Shown here piece after piece: positions 44,071-54,900 of a stretch of DNA of 64,000 nucleotides (positions are counted from its first letter, which is position 1; each line of letters opens with the position of its first letter). The position numbers and the translations under genes are program-made. This DNA comes from Candidatus Aminicenantes bacterium (GTDB lineage: Bacteria > Acidobacteriota > Aminicenantia > Aminicenantales > UBA4085). Where the stretch lies: positions 1,086,438 to 1,150,437 of the forward strand of contig OY970261.1 of NCBI GenBank assembly GCA_963715635.1, in the 5' to 3' direction. Under the pieces are notes generated by a model. That model was not told where the DNA came from. It was given only the letters and a program-made list of their open reading frames with translations, and ran no database searches.

Positions 44071-47000
44071 ATGATTTCTGGGCTAATGACAAAACGCGTT
44101 CAAAAAACTGTTTTTCTGGCCGCGGCTCTTTGTTTGGGCTTAGTTCTGTCCAGCCCGCCCGTTTTCGGACAGTACTTCGGCCGGAACAAAGTCCAGTATG
44201 AGAAATTTGATTATAAGGTCATGAAGACCGAGCATTTTGATATGTATTTTTATCCTGAGGAAGAGCAGGCCGTCCGGTCCGCCGCTCTGATGGCCGAGCG
44301 CTGGTACAAGCGATACGCCAAGCTCTTCAATTATGAGCTGCGCGGGCGGCAGGCCTTGGTCATGTACGCCAGCCACCCCCAATTTGAGCAGACGACCGTG
44401 CTGTCCGACATCATCGGCGAAGGCACCGGCGGTGTCACGGAATCCATCAAGCGCCGTATCATCCTTCCCTTCGGCGGTTCCCTCCAAGAAACAGACCACG
44501 TCATCGGTCACGAGCTCGTCCATGCCTTCCAGTATGACATGGCTTCCGGGCCGACTCCGCAGTACTCCGGCCAGGCCGCCGGAGGGCTGGAACGGGCGCC
44601 CCTGTGGGTCATCGAGGGAATGGCGGAATATCTTTCGATCGGCCCCGTCGACCCGAACACCGCGATGTGGATGCGCGACGTGATCAAGCAAAAGAAAATC
44701 CCCACGATCAAAGACCTGCGAAATCCACGTTACTTTCCCTATCGCTATGGCCAGGCAGTCTGGGCCTATATTGGCGGCCGCTGGGGCGACCTTGTCGTGG
44801 CCAAGTTGATGAAGGACATCTGCCGCGGCGCCGATTATGAAAAAGCCCTGGAACACGCGCTTGGAGAGAACCTGAAAAAGTTGGGCGAGGACTGGCAGGC
44901 CTCGATGAAAAAGGACTATACACCCGTCCAGCAGGGGACGCAGTCCCCGACGGCCACGGGGCGGCTGCTGGTCCAGGGGTCCGAAGAGGACCGGTATAAT
45001 GTCGCTCCCGTGCTCAGCCCGGACGGCAAGAAATTTGTCTATATCTCTTCCAGAGACCTCTTTTCTCTGGAGATGTTCATGGGCGATGCGAAAACCGGAA
45101 AAACGACCAAGCGGCTCACCAGGACCTCGGTGGACCCCCATTTCCAGAGCATTCAGTTCATCAACTCCGCCGGGTCCTGGGACTTGGAGGGCAATCGGTT
45201 TGCCTTCGGGGCGGTGAGCGCCGGCAAGCCGGTGCTGGCTTTTCTCGACGTCGAAGGCCAAAAAATCGCCGATGAGATCCAGTTCCCGGAGCTCGGGGAG
45301 ATCCTCAACCCGACCTGGTCTCCGGACGGCAAAGAGGTCGCTTTCTCGGCCCTGGCCGGCGGCTATACCGATATTTACATCTACGACCTGGAAACCAAGA
45401 AATTGAAGAACATGACAAATGACCCCTACGGGGACATCCATCCCGTTTGGTCGCCGGATGGCCGCTCGATCGCCTTCGTCACGGAACGGTTCACGACACA
45501 GCTTTCGGTGCTGAACATGGGGAATTTTCGTCTGGCCTTGTTGGACCCTGAAACAGGAGAAATCAAGGAGCTCAAGGCATTCGATGACGCCAAGAATATC
45601 AACCCTCAGTGGTCGTCGGATTCGAGGTCGCTCTACTTTGTTTCCGACCACAAGGGCATTTCCAACGTGTATAGGCTCGAGATCGCGTCCGGGGCATTGA
45701 GCGAACTCTCAAACCTCTACACCGGCGTCAGCGGGATCACCACTCTCAGCCCCGCCCTGTCCATCGCCGCAAAATCCAACGATCTCCTGTACAGCGTCTA
45801 TGAAAACGGGAATTTCAGCATTTTTACCATCGAACCGCATGACTTGTTGGCGGGCAAGGCCGTGGAATCCCGGGCGGACCAGGCATATTCTCCGGCCGTG
45901 CTGCCTCCCAAGGAACGCTCGGGATCGGAAATTCTCGGGCTGCTCAAGAATCCCTGGTTCGGGCTTCCAGCGGACGCTTCGAAGTTTGCCGTCAGTCCCT
46001 ATAAGCCTAAATTGTCCTTGGATTACGTGGCCCCGCCGCAGGTGGGTGTCGGCGTCGACCGTTTCGGCACTTATGGTGGAGGCGGCCTTTCTCTGTTCTG
46101 GAGCGATATGCTGGGGTATCACAACCTGGGCACGATGGTCCAGGTCAGCAGCCGAATTGACGAATCCGCTGCCATTGTCCAATACTTCAACTCCAGGAAC
46201 CGCCTGAACTGGGGCGTGGCGGCTTATCGCATCCCTTATATTTACGGAGGCTATGGGATTTATGCGGATAATGTCTTCGGTGAGCCGGCGTACAGCGAAG
46301 TCGAGGACCTTTATGAACAAATCTATTATCAGCTCGGCGGCTTTGCTTCGTATCCGTTCAGCCAAATGCAGCGGTTTGAGCTATCGGCGGGCCTCAATTA
46401 CATCGATTTTAGACACGTTCAATATATCACCTCCTACTCGGCCATCGACGGTACGCAGCTTTTATATGAAAAGCATGTTATCGACGATATGCCGCCCGGC
46501 CTGACTATGGCCTATGCTGGCGCCGCTCTTGTCTATGATAGCGCGTTCTTCGGCGCGACGGCCCCCATCCTGGGTCAGAGCTACAGGCTTGAAGTGGCCC
46601 CTACGATCGGGTCCTTAAATTTCTATACATTATTAGGGGATTATCGCCGGTATTTTATGCCTATCAAGCCGTTTACTCTGGCCTTCCGGGTCATGACATA
46701 TGGGCGCTACGGAAAAGGCAGCGATGACTCGCGGCTGTACCCCATGTTTCTGGGCTATGAAGATTTGGTGCGGGGGTATAATTACGGAGATTTTACCGCG
46801 GAGGAAGTCGATCCTCAGACCGGATCGTTCAATTTCAACAGGCTGTGGGGAAGCCGGATGATCGTCGCCAATGCGGAGCTGCGTTTTCCTTTGTTTGGCG
46901 CCTTTGGGATCGGCAAAGGTTTCTACGGTATTTTCCCGATCGATTTTGTTGCCTTTTATGATGCCGGCGTGACCTGGGATTCCTCCACGAGTCCGGGTTT

Positions 47001-47196
47001 GGCATTGCACCCGTTTTCAAATAGTCTCCCGGGGTCCCCTAAGTCCGGAGTGCAGTACCCCGTCTCTAGCGCGGGTTTAGGCGTGAGAGTCAACCTCCTG
47101 GGGTATCTTGTTCTGGGCGTTAATTATGTCTGGCCGTTCGACCGGCCCGCCCGAAAGACGGGATACTGGGAATTCAGCTTCTATCCGGGATTTTAG
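44071..47196 (+). CDS. large outer-membrane protein: N-terminal gluzincin metalloprotease domain (HExxH...E) + TolB-like beta-propeller + C-terminal beta-barrel ending in an OMP beta-signal, 1041 aa
   Basis: Signal peptide. DHVIGHELVHAFQYD (HExxH) plus VIEGMAEYLS (third-ligand Glu). Propeller blades (LSPDGKKFVYIS, WSPDGKEVAFS, WSPDGRSIAFV, WSSDSRSLYFV). About 450 aa of alternating amphipathic strands ending YWEFSFYPGF with a terminal Phe. Confidence 0.65.
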   Translation: MISGLMTKRVQKTVFLAAALCLGLVLSSPPVFGQYFGRNKVQYEKFDYKVMKTEHFDMYFYPEEEQAVRSAALMAERWYKRYAKLFNYELRGRQALVMYASHPQFEQTTVLSDIIGEGTGGVTESIKRRIILPFGGSLQETDHVIGHELVHAFQYDMASGPTPQYSGQAAGGLERAPLWVIEGMAEYLSIGPVDPNTAMWMRDVIKQKKIPTIKDLRNPRYFPYRYGQAVWAYIGGRWGDLVVAKLMKDICRGADYEKALEHALGENLKKLGEDWQASMKKDYTPVQQGTQSPTATGRLLVQGSEEDRYNVAPVLSPDGKKFVYISSRDLFSLEMFMGDAKTGKTTKRLTRTSVDPHFQSIQFINSAGSWDLEGNRFAFGAVSAGKPVLAFLDVEGQKIADEIQFPELGEILNPTWSPDGKEVAFSALAGGYTDIYIYDLETKKLKNMTNDPYGDIHPVWSPDGRSIAFVTERFTTQLSVLNMGNFRLALLDPETGEIKELKAFDDAKNINPQWSSDSRSLYFVSDHKGISNVYRLEIASGALSELSNLYTGVSGITTLSPALSIAAKSNDLLYSVYENGNFSIFTIEPHDLLAGKAVESRADQAYSPAVLPPKERSGSEILGLLKNPWFGLPADASKFAVSPYKPKLSLDYVAPPQVGVGVDRFGTYGGGGLSLFWSDMLGYHNLGTMVQVSSRIDESAAIVQYFNSRNRLNWGVAAYRIPYIYGGYGIYADNVFGEPAYSEVEDLYEQIYYQLGGFASYPFSQMQRFELSAGLNYIDFRHVQYITSYSAIDGTQLLYEKHVIDDMPPGLTMAYAGAALVYDSAFFGATAPILGQSYRLEVAPTIGSLNFYTLLGDYRRYFMPIKPFTLAFRVMTYGRYGKGSDDSRLYPMFLGYEDLVRGYNYGDFTAEEVDPQTGSFNFNRLWGSRMIVANAELRFPLFGAFGIGKGFYGIFPIDFVAFYDAGVTWDSSTSPGLALHPFSNSLPGSPKSGVQYPVSSAGLGVRVNLLGYLVLGVNYVWPFDRPARKTGYWEFSFYPGF

Positions 47197-47363
47197 GAAA
47201 AGACGCGGGTCCCCCCTCCGCTACGGGGGCTTGAGGACGGCCTAAGCGCCGCCCATACATTGTCAATTTATTTATTGCGTTTGTAGTAGTACTTTTCTGG
47301 CAATAACAATTCCCCTATTGATATATCCCCGTTTTCTGTATAAATTGGAGAAACGAGGTCGCT

Positions 47364-48506
47364 GTGAAAAGACGGGAATTTTTGCTCGGCTTGGGGGCGG
47401 GCGCGCTCGCAGCGAAAGGGTTCGATTTATTCGGCAGGGACGCACTGCCTTTTCAAGACGCGCCCAAACAAAGAATCAAGAATTGGGCATGGACGCATCC
47501 CGACCCGAAAATTACCGCCGAGGATTGGAAGCGAAAGTTCGGCCTGGCTGCGGCCGCGGGAATCCAGGCCATCCATCTGCTGAGCTATTCGGGGGCCAAG
47601 GCCTTTTACCCAAGCTCTCATGCCCTCCATGAGACAGACGAACTGGCCACGATCCTGCCCGTCGCCAAGCAGGCTGGCCTTGAGGTCCATGCCTGGATCT
47701 GCGCGCTCGTCTGCAATGCCGAGTCTGTCCAAAAAGACCATCCGGACTGGTTTGTCATCAGCCGCAACGGTGAATCGACGCTGGTCAAGCAGCCGTATAT
47801 TCCTTCCTACAAATGGCTTTGTCCTTCGCGGCCCGAAGTTTATGAATACCTGGAAAAGTTCGTGAAGGAGCTGGCGGATTATGAAGGAATCAAGGGCATT
47901 CATCTGGATTATATCCGCTATCCCGATGTCATCCTGCCGGAAGCCCTTCAGCCCAAGTACAATCTCGTCCAGGACAGAGAATATCCCGAGTTTGATTTCT
48001 GTTATTGTCCGGTCTGCCGAAAATATTTTGAGCGGCGGGAAGGCATCGATCCGCTGAAGATCCAGGACCCATCCGCCCATCAAGCCTGGAAAAATTATCG
48101 GTATCAGACGATCACCAGCCTCGTGGACAAGCTGGCCGATGTTGTCCACGAGAAGGGAAAGGCGATTTCCGCGGCGGTTTTTGCCACTCCGGAGCTCTCC
48201 CGCCTATATGTCCGCCAGGACTGGCCGAAGTGGAAGCTCGATACGGTCCATCCGATGATCTATCATTATTATTACGCCAAGGGTCTGGATTGGCTGGAGC
48301 CGGCTACGCGGGAAGGCGTCGCCGAGCTTCCTGCGAGCCGGCCTCTCTATAGCGGTCTTTTTATCTCCCAGATCAAACCCTCGGAGCTCTCTCGAGCCGT
48401 TGAGGGGGCCTTCAAGGGAGGGGCGCGAGGAATCACCCTGTTTGCCATGGGCTCGATGACGGATGAGCATTGGAAGGCCCTTGGCGAAGCTTTAAAGGGG
48501 AGATAA
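47364..48506 (+). CDS. Tat-exported glycoside-hydrolase-like family 10 (GHL10/DUF4015) TIM-barrel protein, 380 aa; GTG start
   Basis: Twin-arginine signal KRREFLLGLGAGALAA. TIM-barrel GH-like blocks. Candidate promoter TTGATA-N15-TATAAA upstream. Confidence 0.65.
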   Translation: MKRREFLLGLGAGALAAKGFDLFGRDALPFQDAPKQRIKNWAWTHPDPKITAEDWKRKFGLAAAAGIQAIHLLSYSGAKAFYPSSHALHETDELATILPVAKQAGLEVHAWICALVCNAESVQKDHPDWFVISRNGESTLVKQPYIPSYKWLCPSRPEVYEYLEKFVKELADYEGIKGIHLDYIRYPDVILPEALQPKYNLVQDREYPEFDFCYCPVCRKYFERREGIDPLKIQDPSAHQAWKNYRYQTITSLVDKLADVVHEKGKAISAAVFATPELSRLYVRQDWPKWKLDTVHPMIYHYYYAKGLDWLEPATREGVAELPASRPLYSGLFISQIKPSELSRAVEGAFKGGARGITLFAMGSMTDEHWKALGEALKGR

Positions 48507-48616
48507 AGAAGAAATAGACTTTAAAAAGAATGATAAAAGATTTCATAATAAAATCATTCATTCCCCCAACCCCCCGAGGGATTTGAGGGAGAAGAGAAAA
48601 AGATCGGAGGATCGAA

Positions 48617-49726
48617 ATGTCCGTTCGTCATCTTGTCTATTTTTTAATTTTCTGCCTGATCGTGTCCATGGGATTTTCGGACGGGACCAAGGTCCCCGAG
48701 CCGAAGATCTCCTTTGATCCGGAAAGATACATCTGTTACAGGGCCGCCGGGCCGGTCCACATCGACGGCAATCTTGATGAAGACGTCTGGTCCAAGATTC
48801 CCTGGTCGGACAACTTCGTGGATATTGAGGGTTCGCTTTGTCCCAAGCCAAGATACCGGACGATAGTCAAGATGCTGTGGGACTCTGAATATTTTTATAT
48901 CGGGGCCTATCTCGAGGAGCCCGACGTTTGGGGCACGCTGACCAAGCGCGATTCGATCATCTTCCAGGACAACGATTTTGAGGTCTTTATCGACCCCGAC
49001 GGCGATACCCACAATTATTACGAGCTCGAGATGAACGCCTTGAACACGGTCTGGGATCTTTTCCTGGTCAAACCCTACCGCGACGGCGGGCCCGCTATCC
49101 ACGCCTGGGATATTCTTGGGTTGAAAACGGCAGTCAAGGTCAACGGGACGGTCAACAATCCGGGCGATAAAGACAAAGGATGGTTCGTCGAGATCGCCAT
49201 GCCTTGGGAGATCCTCAAAGAAGCCGCCGCGGCCAAGTCATTGCCCAAGCCGGGAGACCAATGGCGGGTTAATTTTTCCCGGGTGGAGTACCGCATGAAC
49301 GTCGAGAACGGGCTTTACGTCAAAGTTAAAGACCCGGCGACGGGAAAACCCTTCGCCGAAGACAACTGGGTCTGGTCGCCCATGGGTTTGATCAACATCC
49401 ATTATCCAGAGATGTGGGGTTATATCCAGTTCTCCGGGAAGACCGCCGGCCGAGGAAAAGATTCGTTCCAGGACAGGCCTGAAGAAGAAGCCAAATGGGC
49501 CTTGCGGAGAATTTACTACAAGGAGTGGGCGGTCAAGGCCGAAAAAGGAAATTTTTCCCCAGACCTGGGAGCTCTCGGGCTCAAAGAAAAAGATCTTAAA
49601 GTCGATGATTTTGTCTTCCCTCCCGTCATCCAGACCACGACAAGCCTGTTCGAGGCTATTTACCGCGGCAAGTCTGGCGAGGTCTGGCACATCAGCCAGG
49701 ACGGGAAAGTGTGGAAGGACAAATAA
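48617..49726 (+). CDS. carbohydrate-binding family 9 (CBM9)-like domain protein, N-terminal anchor/signal, 369 aa
   Basis: GGAGG RBS. HIDGNLDEDVWSKIPWSDNF...FEVFIDPDGDTHNYYELEMNALNTVWD is CBM9/DOMON-like. Confidence 0.6.
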   Translation: MSVRHLVYFLIFCLIVSMGFSDGTKVPEPKISFDPERYICYRAAGPVHIDGNLDEDVWSKIPWSDNFVDIEGSLCPKPRYRTIVKMLWDSEYFYIGAYLEEPDVWGTLTKRDSIIFQDNDFEVFIDPDGDTHNYYELEMNALNTVWDLFLVKPYRDGGPAIHAWDILGLKTAVKVNGTVNNPGDKDKGWFVEIAMPWEILKEAAAAKSLPKPGDQWRVNFSRVEYRMNVENGLYVKVKDPATGKPFAEDNWVWSPMGLINIHYPEMWGYIQFSGKTAGRGKDSFQDRPEEEAKWALRRIYYKEWAVKAEKGNFSPDLGALGLKEKDLKVDDFVFPPVIQTTTSLFEAIYRGKSGEVWHISQDGKVWKDK

Positions 49727-49842
49727 TCGATTATAGAGAGGATGAAAAAAAGACGTAATCCTCCCAGTTCGAAAGCATAGCCATGCTCAGGAACAAGAGT
49801 GAACCCTGCTTAAAAAACGCACGCAAATAGGATGGCGTAAAT

Positions 49843-51060
49843 ATGGAAAGAAAAGCTAATATCAAAAAAAAGAAATCGAAAAGCCCTCCGTCACTTGCCG
49901 GCGCGGGTTCACGTTTCACCGAGCTCAAGCGGGTGAAAGAGGCGCTCCGTGAATCTGAGGAGAAATTGCCCAAGCTGGTTGAGGCGGTGCCCGTAGGCAT
50001 AGGGATATTAGACCTGAAGGGGAATGTCTATTCTATAAACCGGACAGTGGAGGAGATGACAGGCTATTCGCAAGAGGAATTCAAAACAATCAATGTTGGG
50101 GAAACTTACGCGGATGCCAACGATCGCAGGGAGATGCTCAAAATCCTGGATGAAACAGGTAAACTCCGGGATTACACAGTCAGGATGAAGCGAAAAGACG
50201 GGACGGCTTATTATGCTCTCCTCAACATAGACCAGATAGAATTGGGCGGACAGCGAGTCTTACTTATGGCCCAGCAGGACATCACCGCCCTCAAAAAGGC
50301 TGAGGAAGAGATCGTGAGATTAAATAAGGACCTTGAGAGCCGGGTCGTTCAACTTTCCGCCTTGAACACGGACCTGGAACGTTCCAACAGAGATCTTGAA
50401 CAGTTCGCTTATGTCGCCTCTCATGACCTTCAGGAGCCGCTGAGAATGATCTCCAGCTTCACCCAGCTCTTGGAGCAGCGCTATAAAGGAAAACTCGACA
50501 AGAGTGCCGATGAATTTACCAAGTTTGTCGTGGATGGCGCCAACCGCATGCAGCGCATGATCAATGACCTTTTATCCTACTCCCGCATTTCCAGCCGCGG
50601 CAAGCCCTTCGAGCCTGTCAGCAGCGAAGAGATCCTGGCCCAGGTTCAGGTCAACCTTCTTCTTTTAATCGAAGAGAACCATGCTCTTCTGACCCATGAA
50701 TCCTTGCCTGAGATTACTGCCGATGCTTCCCAGATGCTCCTTCTGTTCCAGAACTTGATCGGAAATGCAATAAAATTCAAGGGAAAGGAGCCGCCCCGGG
50801 TCCATGTCTTCTCTGAGTCAAGGGAGGAAGAATGGATGTTTGGAGTCCGGGATAACGGCATAGGCATAGCCAAAGAATATTTCGACCGAATTTTCGTCAT
50901 CTTCCAGCGCCTGTACAGCAGAGAAGAGTATTCGGGAACGGGCATCGGGCTGGCCATCTGCAAGAAGATTGTGGAAAGGCATGGCGGGCGGATCTGGGTG
51001 GAATCAGAGCTCGGCAAAGGTTCCACTTTCTTTTTCACAATACCAAAAAGGAGGGAATGA
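49843..51060 (+). CDS. PAS-domain sensor histidine kinase (Cph1-type HisKA), 405 aa
   Basis: PAS ([18 protein letters not shown]), H-box [14 protein letters not shown], HATPase [32 protein letters not shown]. Confidence 0.9.
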   Translation: MERKANIKKKKSKSPPSLAGAGSRFTELKRVKEALRESEEKLPKLVEAVPVGIGILDLKGNVYSINRTVEEMTGYSQEEFKTINVGETYADANDRREMLKILDETGKLRDYTVRMKRKDGTAYYALLNIDQIELGGQRVLLMAQQDITALKKAEEEIVRLNKDLESRVVQLSALNTDLERSNRDLEQFAYVASHDLQEPLRMISSFTQLLEQRYKGKLDKSADEFTKFVVDGANRMQRMINDLLSYSRISSRGKPFEPVSSEEILAQVQVNLLLLIEENHALLTHESLPEITADASQMLLLFQNLIGNAIKFKGKEPPRVHVFSESREEEWMFGVRDNGIGIAKEYFDRIFVIFQRLYSREEYSGTGIGLAICKKIVERHGGRIWVESELGKGSTFFFTIPKRRE

Positions 51061-51518
51061 TTATGGTTTCCGAAATCGCGGTCCATCCCATCGAAATCTT
51101 ATTGGTTGAGGACAATCCGGGGGATGCCCGGCTGGCCTTGGAAGTTTTCCAGGACGCCAAAGTCCGCAACACTCTGCACCGGGTGGATAACGGCCAGGAG
51201 GCGATGGATTTTCTGCGGAAAGAGGGTAAGCATGCTCAAATGGCGCGGCCCGACCTCATCCTGCTGGACCTCAACCTTCCCGGAAAAGACGGCCGGGAGG
51301 TTCTGGCAGAGATCAAAGAAGACCCCGACCTGAAGCGAATCCCAGTGGTTATCTTGACAGTTTCTAAGGATGAGGAAGACGTCCTGAAGACGTACAACCT
51401 CCATGCGAACTGTTTTATCACAAAGCCCATTGACTTGAATCAATTCATCAAGGTCGTGAAATCCATCGAGGACTTCTGGCTGACTGTGGTCAAGCTGCCG
51501 CCGGACGGGAGCAAGTGA
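51057..51518 (+). CDS. single-domain response regulator (Rcp1/CheY-like receiver), 153 aa
   Basis: [13 protein letters not shown], phospho-acceptor Asp in [13 protein letters not shown], conserved Lys in ITKP. Overlaps the HK stop by 4 nt. Confidence 0.9.
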   Translation: MIMVSEIAVHPIEILLVEDNPGDARLALEVFQDAKVRNTLHRVDNGQEAMDFLRKEGKHAQMARPDLILLDLNLPGKDGREVLAEIKEDPDLKRIPVVILTVSKDEEDVLKTYNLHANCFITKPIDLNQFIKVVKSIEDFWLTVVKLPPDGSK

Positions 51519-51947
51519 AAATAACGAGGAAAAATATTCTTTTCATCCTCTAATCCCATTTAAAATAAATAACTTGTAAGAAAGTTTACAAATCAAGACG
51601 TCTTTGATTAAGCCCACATCCCCCCGATAGGTGATAAAACCCGAATAAAAATCATCTTAAACTTCATTCAAAAAGGGGATTGTTAAGCCGAAGGATTCCC
51701 CCGACAATTTTAGCATGCCGAGCAGAAATCGCGATGGTCTATCTCAGATAAGCCTGACGGGCACGGAGAGCATTACGTCATAATCCTGGGGCCGTGAGAG
51801 GGAGAAAACAGCAACTCACCAACCTTGCCGGAGACAGAGAAATTAAGATGAAGACATCCGCCAACACGATGAGACAAATTCAGATTCGGACGGCGATGGA
51901 AATCTTAACGGGCTGGCCAAGATGAAACTCCCGACAAAAGATAAAAC

Positions 51948-54900
51948 ATGACCGACAAAAAGATCAAGGTGCTGATGATCGAGGATAGCCCCGGGGATAT
52001 CCGCCTCATTCGCGAAATGTTTAAGGAAGTGGGCATCAGCCTGTTTGAGCTTGAAACTGCCTCCTGCCTCAAGGAGGGGTTGGAGAAAATCAAAGAGACC
52101 TTGTATGACGTCATCCTCTTGGATCTCGGGCTGCCCGACAGCCGGGGACTTGAGACGTTCATCAAGGTCAATGTTCAGAAACAAGAGGTTCCGATTATCG
52201 TGCTGACAGGTCTCGCCGATGAAACGCTTGCTCTCGATGCCATAAAAAGAGGGGCACAGGATTATCTTGTCAAAGAGCAACTCAACACCGGCCGGCTGGC
52301 GACGTCGATCAGCTATGCCATTGAACGCAAAAAAACAGAACGCCGGCTTATCAAGTCTGAGCAATGGTTTCGAATGCTGATCGAAACCTCTCCAGAAGTG
52401 GTCACCGCAATGGATTTGGAGGGCAGGATTACATACGTTTCCCCCCGAGCTCTCGAGCTCCACGGTTTTAAGAGTCCCGAAGAGCTCATCGGGAAAAACA
52501 TTCTTGAGCTCCTTTCTCCGGAAGATCACGAACGGGCGAAGAAAAATCTTCAGATAACCTTGAAAGACGGTATTTTAAAAAATGAACAATATGCCCTGGT
52601 CAAGAAAGACGGAACCCGATTTGTCGGCGAACTCAGTTCCGCCCTGGTTTGTGATATCGGGGGAGAACTGAAAGGCTTTGTCGCCATTACAAGAGATATT
52701 ACCGAGCGCAGGCTGGCGGAGGAGGCCCTAAAAAAGCGGAATGCCCAGCTTGAGCTGATTTATCATATTCAAAGCGAAATTCCGGCGAATACCGATATTG
52801 AAACGGTGCTCGTCCGGGCGGCCGAAAGCATCGGCAAATCCTTCGGATATTACAAGATTTCCGTGAACCTTTATCATCCGGAGACGGAAGAAATCGAATA
52901 TCTGACCGGCTGGAACAAATCGGGCCTTCTTATCCCCAGGGGCCATAGACAAAAACTTGGGCAGGGGCTTATCGGCAAGGCGGGTCTCTTGAAACAGACG
53001 ATTATCGCTAATGATGTTTCCAAAGAGCTGGACTATATCCCCTATCACCTTACGGAGACAAAAGCGGAGTTGATCATTCCTCTAGTTGTCCAGGATCAGC
53101 TCATTGGGGTTCTCGACCTCCAATCGACTCAGATCAACGCCTTCTCTGAAGACGATGTCTCCGTCCTGCAGGCCATCGCCAGCTATATTGCCCACATTAT
53201 CGATAAGAAGCGGGAGGGAGACGCGCTGAGGGAAAGTGAGCAGAAATTCAAGAATCTTGCCGAACAGGCGCCTAACATGATTTTTATCAACGAGAAGGGC
53301 AGAGTCGTTTTTGCCAACAAGAAGTGCGAAGAGATTATGGGATATCAAAGAGAGGAGATTTACTCGCCTGATTTCGATTTTCTCGTTTTGATTGCGCCGG
53401 AAGATAAAGCCAAGATAAAGGCAAATTTCGCCAAACATTTGCGAGGAGAAGAGAATCCTCCATTGGAATACGCCATTCTCACCAAAGAGGGAAAAAGAAT
53501 CGACGCCATACTTGCCACAACACTTATCGACTATGGGGGAGGGAAAGCCATCCTCGGCACAATCACAGACATCACCGAGCGGAAGTGCGCCGAAAAGGCC
53601 CTGCAGGAGTCGGAAGAAAAATACCGCAATCTCTTTGAGGAAGCGCGGGATGCTATCGCCGTGGCGTCTGCTGAGACGGGCATAATAATCGACTGCAATC
53701 GGGCGGCCACTCTGCTTTGGGGCCGAGAGAAATCGGAACTTGTGGGCCAGCACCAGCGCATACTCCACCCCTCGGAGGAAATAAAAGGCGGAATCTCCCG
53801 GACCTTCCAACAACATCTCGGGGAAAAAGAAGGGCAGGTGCTCGAAGCGCAGATTGTGACCAAGAACGGGGAAATTAGAGGCGTGGAAATCATGGCCAGT
53901 GTCTTTGAGCTAGGCGGCCGGCGACTCATTCAGGGTATATTCCACAACGTCACAGAACGGAGGCGGGCGGAGGAAGAGCTCAAAAAGTCGGAAGAGCGGT
54001 TCAGACTTGTGTTCGAATCTGCTCCCGACGCCTACTATTTGAACGACCTGAAAGGCCATTTTATTGACGGCAATAAGGCCGCGGAGAAACTGACGGGCTA
54101 TAAGAGGGAGGAGCTCGTCGGAATGAGCTTCTTGAAGCTGAACCTGCTTTCTGCGGAGTTTATTCCGAAAGCCGCTTATCTTTTAGTCAAAAACCTAAGA
54201 GGCAAGCCGACCGGGCCCGATGAATTTATTTTGAAAAGAAAAGACGGCAGCAAGGTCGCGGTTGAAATCAGCACCCACCCCGTAAAGGTCGGGGGAAAAG
54301 CGGTCGTTTTGGGAATCGCCAGAGACATCACGGAGCGAAAGAAGGCGGAGCAGGCCCTGAAAGAAAACGAGGAAAAATATCGAACCTTAACCGAAAATGT
54401 CAACATCGGAGTTTACAGAAACACGGTGGGACCCAAAGGCAGGTTCATCGAGGCGAATTCCGCCGAGGTTAAGATGTTTGGTTATAAGAAAAAAAAGGAA
54501 TTCCTGGCTTTGAATGTTTCTGATTTATACGAAAACGAAGCGGACAGAGAAAAATTTAGCGAAAAAATAGTCAGACAGGGATTTGTCAGGAATGAGGAAA
54601 CACACCTCAAGAAAAAGGACGGGAGTTCGATCATTTGTTCGGTATCGGCGGTCGCCGTCAAGGATGGGCAAGGAAACGTCCAATATTTCGACGGAACCAT
54701 TGAAGACATCACCGAGCGCAAGCGGGCGGAGGAGGCGTTGCACGAGAGCGAAGAGAAATATCGGACTCTGGTGGAAAACGCCGCGGAAGCCATCCTCATC
54801 GCCCAAGACGGCATGCTGAAGTTCGTCAATCGTATGGCGAGTGAGATAACCGGTTATTCGGAGCAAGAACTGCGTTCCTCGCCTTTTCTCGAGTTCATTC

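Noticed and set aside
51519-51947. Possible c-di-GMP (GEMM) riboswitch in the long leader of the hybrid kinase/HD-GYP operon
   Set aside because: I could not find the conserved GEMM-I/II sequence blocks by eye. Left as an untested idea pending a covariance-model scan.
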